A DNA stretch of 64,000 nt from Squalus acanthias. Lineage: Eukaryota. Of this stretch, positions 60,856 through 64,000 are shown piece by piece. The position numbers and the translations under genes were made by a program. The notes under the pieces were generated by a model that worked only from the letters and a program-made list of their open reading frames with translations, did not search any database and was not told the origin of the DNA. The number at the start of each line of letters is the position of its first letter. The stretch's first letter is position 1. The DNA lies in NCBI GenBank assembly GCA_030390025.1, contig JASTWF010000334.1:62001-126000 (forward strand), given 5' to 3'.

Positions 60856-63574
60856 GGCCGCGATTTTCACAGCCCCGAGGAGGGGGGTTTGGAGGCGGGA
60901 CTGTTGGGAAAATCGCAAAAAGTGAGCCCGGGTTCGGAACCCGCCTCCAACCTGCCTCTGCGCAATTATGCCGGAAGCGGGTTTGACGGGTGCAATTCGG
61001 TCCCGCCTCCATCAGTCAAGAGAGGTAGTTAAGACCCTTAAATAGTCGTTAAGGACCTCTATAATCCTATTTCGACAGGCCTTTGTTATTTTGCCACATT
61101 TTGCACGTGTTGTACGACCCTCCTAAACCACACCAGTTGATCCTGGCGGGTTGACAAGTGGATGGCCTCCTCACAGCTGCAGCTCCACCATTAAAACGGA
61201 GCTTTCATCAGGGAGCAGTTGCAGGTGGCAGAACTTTTGTTCCACAGGTCTTTCAGCACTTTTAGCAGGCCTACCGAAGTCGGAGATGCTGCAGCTTCTA
61301 TCTCTCAACTGTGTGACCTCCTTGGAAAACCCTCTCCCCGCTTGGAGTGAGCGCTTCCCCAACGAAGGTATCTGCCAGCAGCATGGGAACCATTTATTTC
61401 CTTTCATCATGGACCTCAGATTCGGATGAGGAGCAGCCACGGCAGCAGGAGCGCCAACCTCCTGCTCACCCACCTGATGCTGCACAGGGCAGAAGGTGCC
61501 AGCACATGGCAGCACGTCGCCGCAGGAGATACCCCCTCTCAGGGTTTACAGACAGAGGATGAGCTACCTCAACATGAGTGAGCAGCAGTACCAAAGGAGG
61601 CTGAGGGTTTCACGAGAGGTTGTCGGAGACACCTGCGCACTGCTGCAACCAAACCTGGAGCCCAGAGGAACGGCTGGACACCCCTTACCAGTGGCTGTCA
61701 AAGTCACCACCGCACTCAACCTTTTTGCCTCAGGCTCCTTCCAGGGATCATCAGCAGACATCAGCGGCATCTCCCAGTCGGCCGCCCACAGTTGCATCAC
61801 GCAGGTTATCGATGCCCTTTTCGCAAAGGCGTACATTTACATGCACTTCTCAAGGGATCAAGCAAGTAGAACCGCGTGTTCAGTTGGCTTTGCAAATATG
61901 GCAGGCTTGCCAATGGTGCAGGGTGTCATAGACTGCACACATGTGGCCCTTAGGGTACCACATCACAACCCAGCTATCTTTCTCAACCACAAGGGCTTCC
62001 ACTCCCTCAACGTACAGCTGGTGTGTAACCACAAGAAGGAGATTTTGCATTTTTGCGCCAAGTTCTGTGGTAGTTGCCATGACTCGTTCATCCTGCGGAG
62101 CTCCAGTGTTCCTATGCTCTTCAATCCGCCAAACCAACTTAATGGATGGCTTCTTGGTGACTGAAGAAGTGGCTAATGACGGCGATCAAGAGGCCAGCTA
62201 ACGAGGCTGAGGTGCGCTACAACGACAGCCACATATCGACCAGGTCCATCATCGAGCAGACCATTGGTTTGCTGAAGATGCGATTCTGATGCCTTGACAG
62301 AGCAGGTGGAGCCCTGCAGTATTCAGCAGCCCGGGTCTCCAGAATGGTCGTGGTCTGCTGTGCACTGCACAACATGGCACAGCATCGTGGCTTACAGCTT
62401 CCTGATGAGCAAATGGTTTAGTTCATAGCCTCCTCAGATGAGGATGAGGATGAGGAGGAGGAGGATGAGGATGACCGAGTGGCGGCGTATCTACCAGGAG
62501 CAGTGGCAGCGCGCGAGCACATGGCTGCCCGTGATGCAAGGGAAGCACTCATCCTGGCCTGATTTGCATAGGTTGCCCATTGTGGCACATGTGACTGGCT
62601 CCTTCTTAACACATGATAGACAATGGACATGACTTTCTGGCCTCCTTTCACTCTGACCACTAACCTGACCATGCAAGTGTCGCGGAGCCCGCAATGTGGA
62701 GCTGCCTAAGCCGAAATAACAGATGTCATCACGCCAACAGTTTGCCATCACCTCATTTTAATACATTCACACAGGGATGGCATTTCATCAATAAACAGAA
62801 ACAATCACCAAAGAGCCTACCCCTGTGACTAATAGTGCTTTATTTTTCTCTTACGCGTGCTCCTACATGGTGCTCCCCCTGTGGCTTCAGCAGATGTGGA
62901 GGCACCTTGCTCACTTTCATGCTGCTCCTGCTTCGACACCTTTGGCGGGCGTCCTCTAGGTTTCCGAGCCTGTGAGGACTCACCAAATGTCTGCTCATCC
63001 TGCGGCAGTGCAGGGGCTGAGATGCCCATCTCAGTTGGGTGCGGACTCTGGTGGGGCTTTGACCGAGGGCTACGCAGTGGCATGGAAGTGTGAGTGCTTG
63101 GAGAGGAGCCCCCACTTCCTTGTTCTCTGCCAAGGGTTATATCCCTTGCCAGCTGGACCCACACAGCCTTGGTTTCTTTGGGAGGCCTCTTCCTCCGAGA
63201 AGAAGGGAAAAGCACCTCCCTGCTAGCTCTCGCCCCCTCAACCAGGATACCCAGCGCCTCATCCAAGAACCTCGGGAGGCCCTTGCCTTGGAGCTGGTCA
63301 TTCTACAATGAGATAAAAGTTTGGAGGTGGTGCAGCATCGACCAAAAACCAGTGGAATGAGCCAAGGCAGCAAGCAGCCCTTAAATGAAGCTGGATAAGT
63401 GACATCAGCAGAGGCGAGTTTCAGTCCCAAAAGACTAATTGGCCCAGGGGAACCCACACCTCTGAAATCAACTGGCCAATTAGGGGAAAATCACAAATTT
63501 TTCCCACCTCTCAGTGGAGGCGGGTTTGGAACCCGCCCAAACCGAAACCCGCCTCCAATGTGAAAATCGCCCCC
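60856..63574. mobile_element. Harbinger C: transposase pseudogene (+, about 61400-62560) and deleted Myb/SANT gene (-, 62829-63300)
   Basis: TIRs ggccgcgattttcaca / tgtgaaaatcgccccc with TTT flanks. HARBI1-like motifs GVIDCTHV, NHKGFHSLNVQLVC, HDSFIL and WLLGD. Confidence 0.88.
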
Positions 63575-64000
63575 TTTGTGTTCTCCTCACAGCTTACTGT
63601 CCCACCTAGCCTTGTATCATCAGCAAACTTGGATACATTACACTCGATCCCTTCATCTAAGTCATTGATATCGATTGTGAATAGCTGAGGCCCAAGTACC
63701 GATCCTTGCAGCACCCCACTAGTAACAGCCTGCCAACCTGAAAATGACCCGTTTATTCCTACTCTCTGTTTTCTATCCATTAACCAATCCTTTATCCATG
63801 CTAATATATTACCCACAACCCCATGAGCTCTTATCTTGTGTAACAACGTTTTATGCGGCACCTTATTGCACGCCTTTTGGAAATCCAAATATACTGCATC
63901 CACTGGTTTCCCTTTATCTACCCTGCTAGTAACATTCTCAAAAATCTCTAAAAAATTGGCAAAACACGATTTCCCTTTCATAAAACCGTGTTGATGCTAA
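63575..64000 (-). mobile_element. CR1 LINE RT (continuation of 37785-39344)
   Basis: KGKSC, DFQKA, QGSVLGP and FADD motifs. Confidence 0.9.

Noticed and set aside
61496..62164. Domesticated HARBI1 gene
   Set aside because: Lies between TIRs and has stops and frameshifts downstream; a decayed transposon copy.

Overview
Eukaryotic, repeat-dense vertebrate DNA. The V-SINE/HE1-like and Deu-SINE elements, CR1 LINEs and Penelope elements suggest a cartilaginous fish; this is an inference. The host genes are two convergent C-type lectin paralogs: three exons of a QPD/WND lectin at 607-4105 (+) and two exons of a QPE lectin at 33973-34310 (-). The highlight is an apparently intact, very young 12.6-kb provirus at 45518-58126. 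It has 1616-bp LTRs with no differences I could find, a GATG target-site duplication and a tRNA-Arg primer-binding site. Gag is coiled-coil with a PSAPPSY late domain and is joined in frame to pol by a single UGA-CUAG stop. Pol has two RNase H domains. Env has an N-terminal immunoglobulin-like domain followed by a furin-cleaved class I fusion module, an architecture resembling lokiretroviruses. A decayed relative with the same termini and a homologous env lies at 8312-12834. The provirus is the innermost layer of a nested CR1/Harbinger stack. Also present are Penelope elements with hammerhead ribozyme motifs, paired CTCF-like sites in a locally duplicated module, and three minisatellite families. 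All calls were read by eye and repeat boundaries are approximate.
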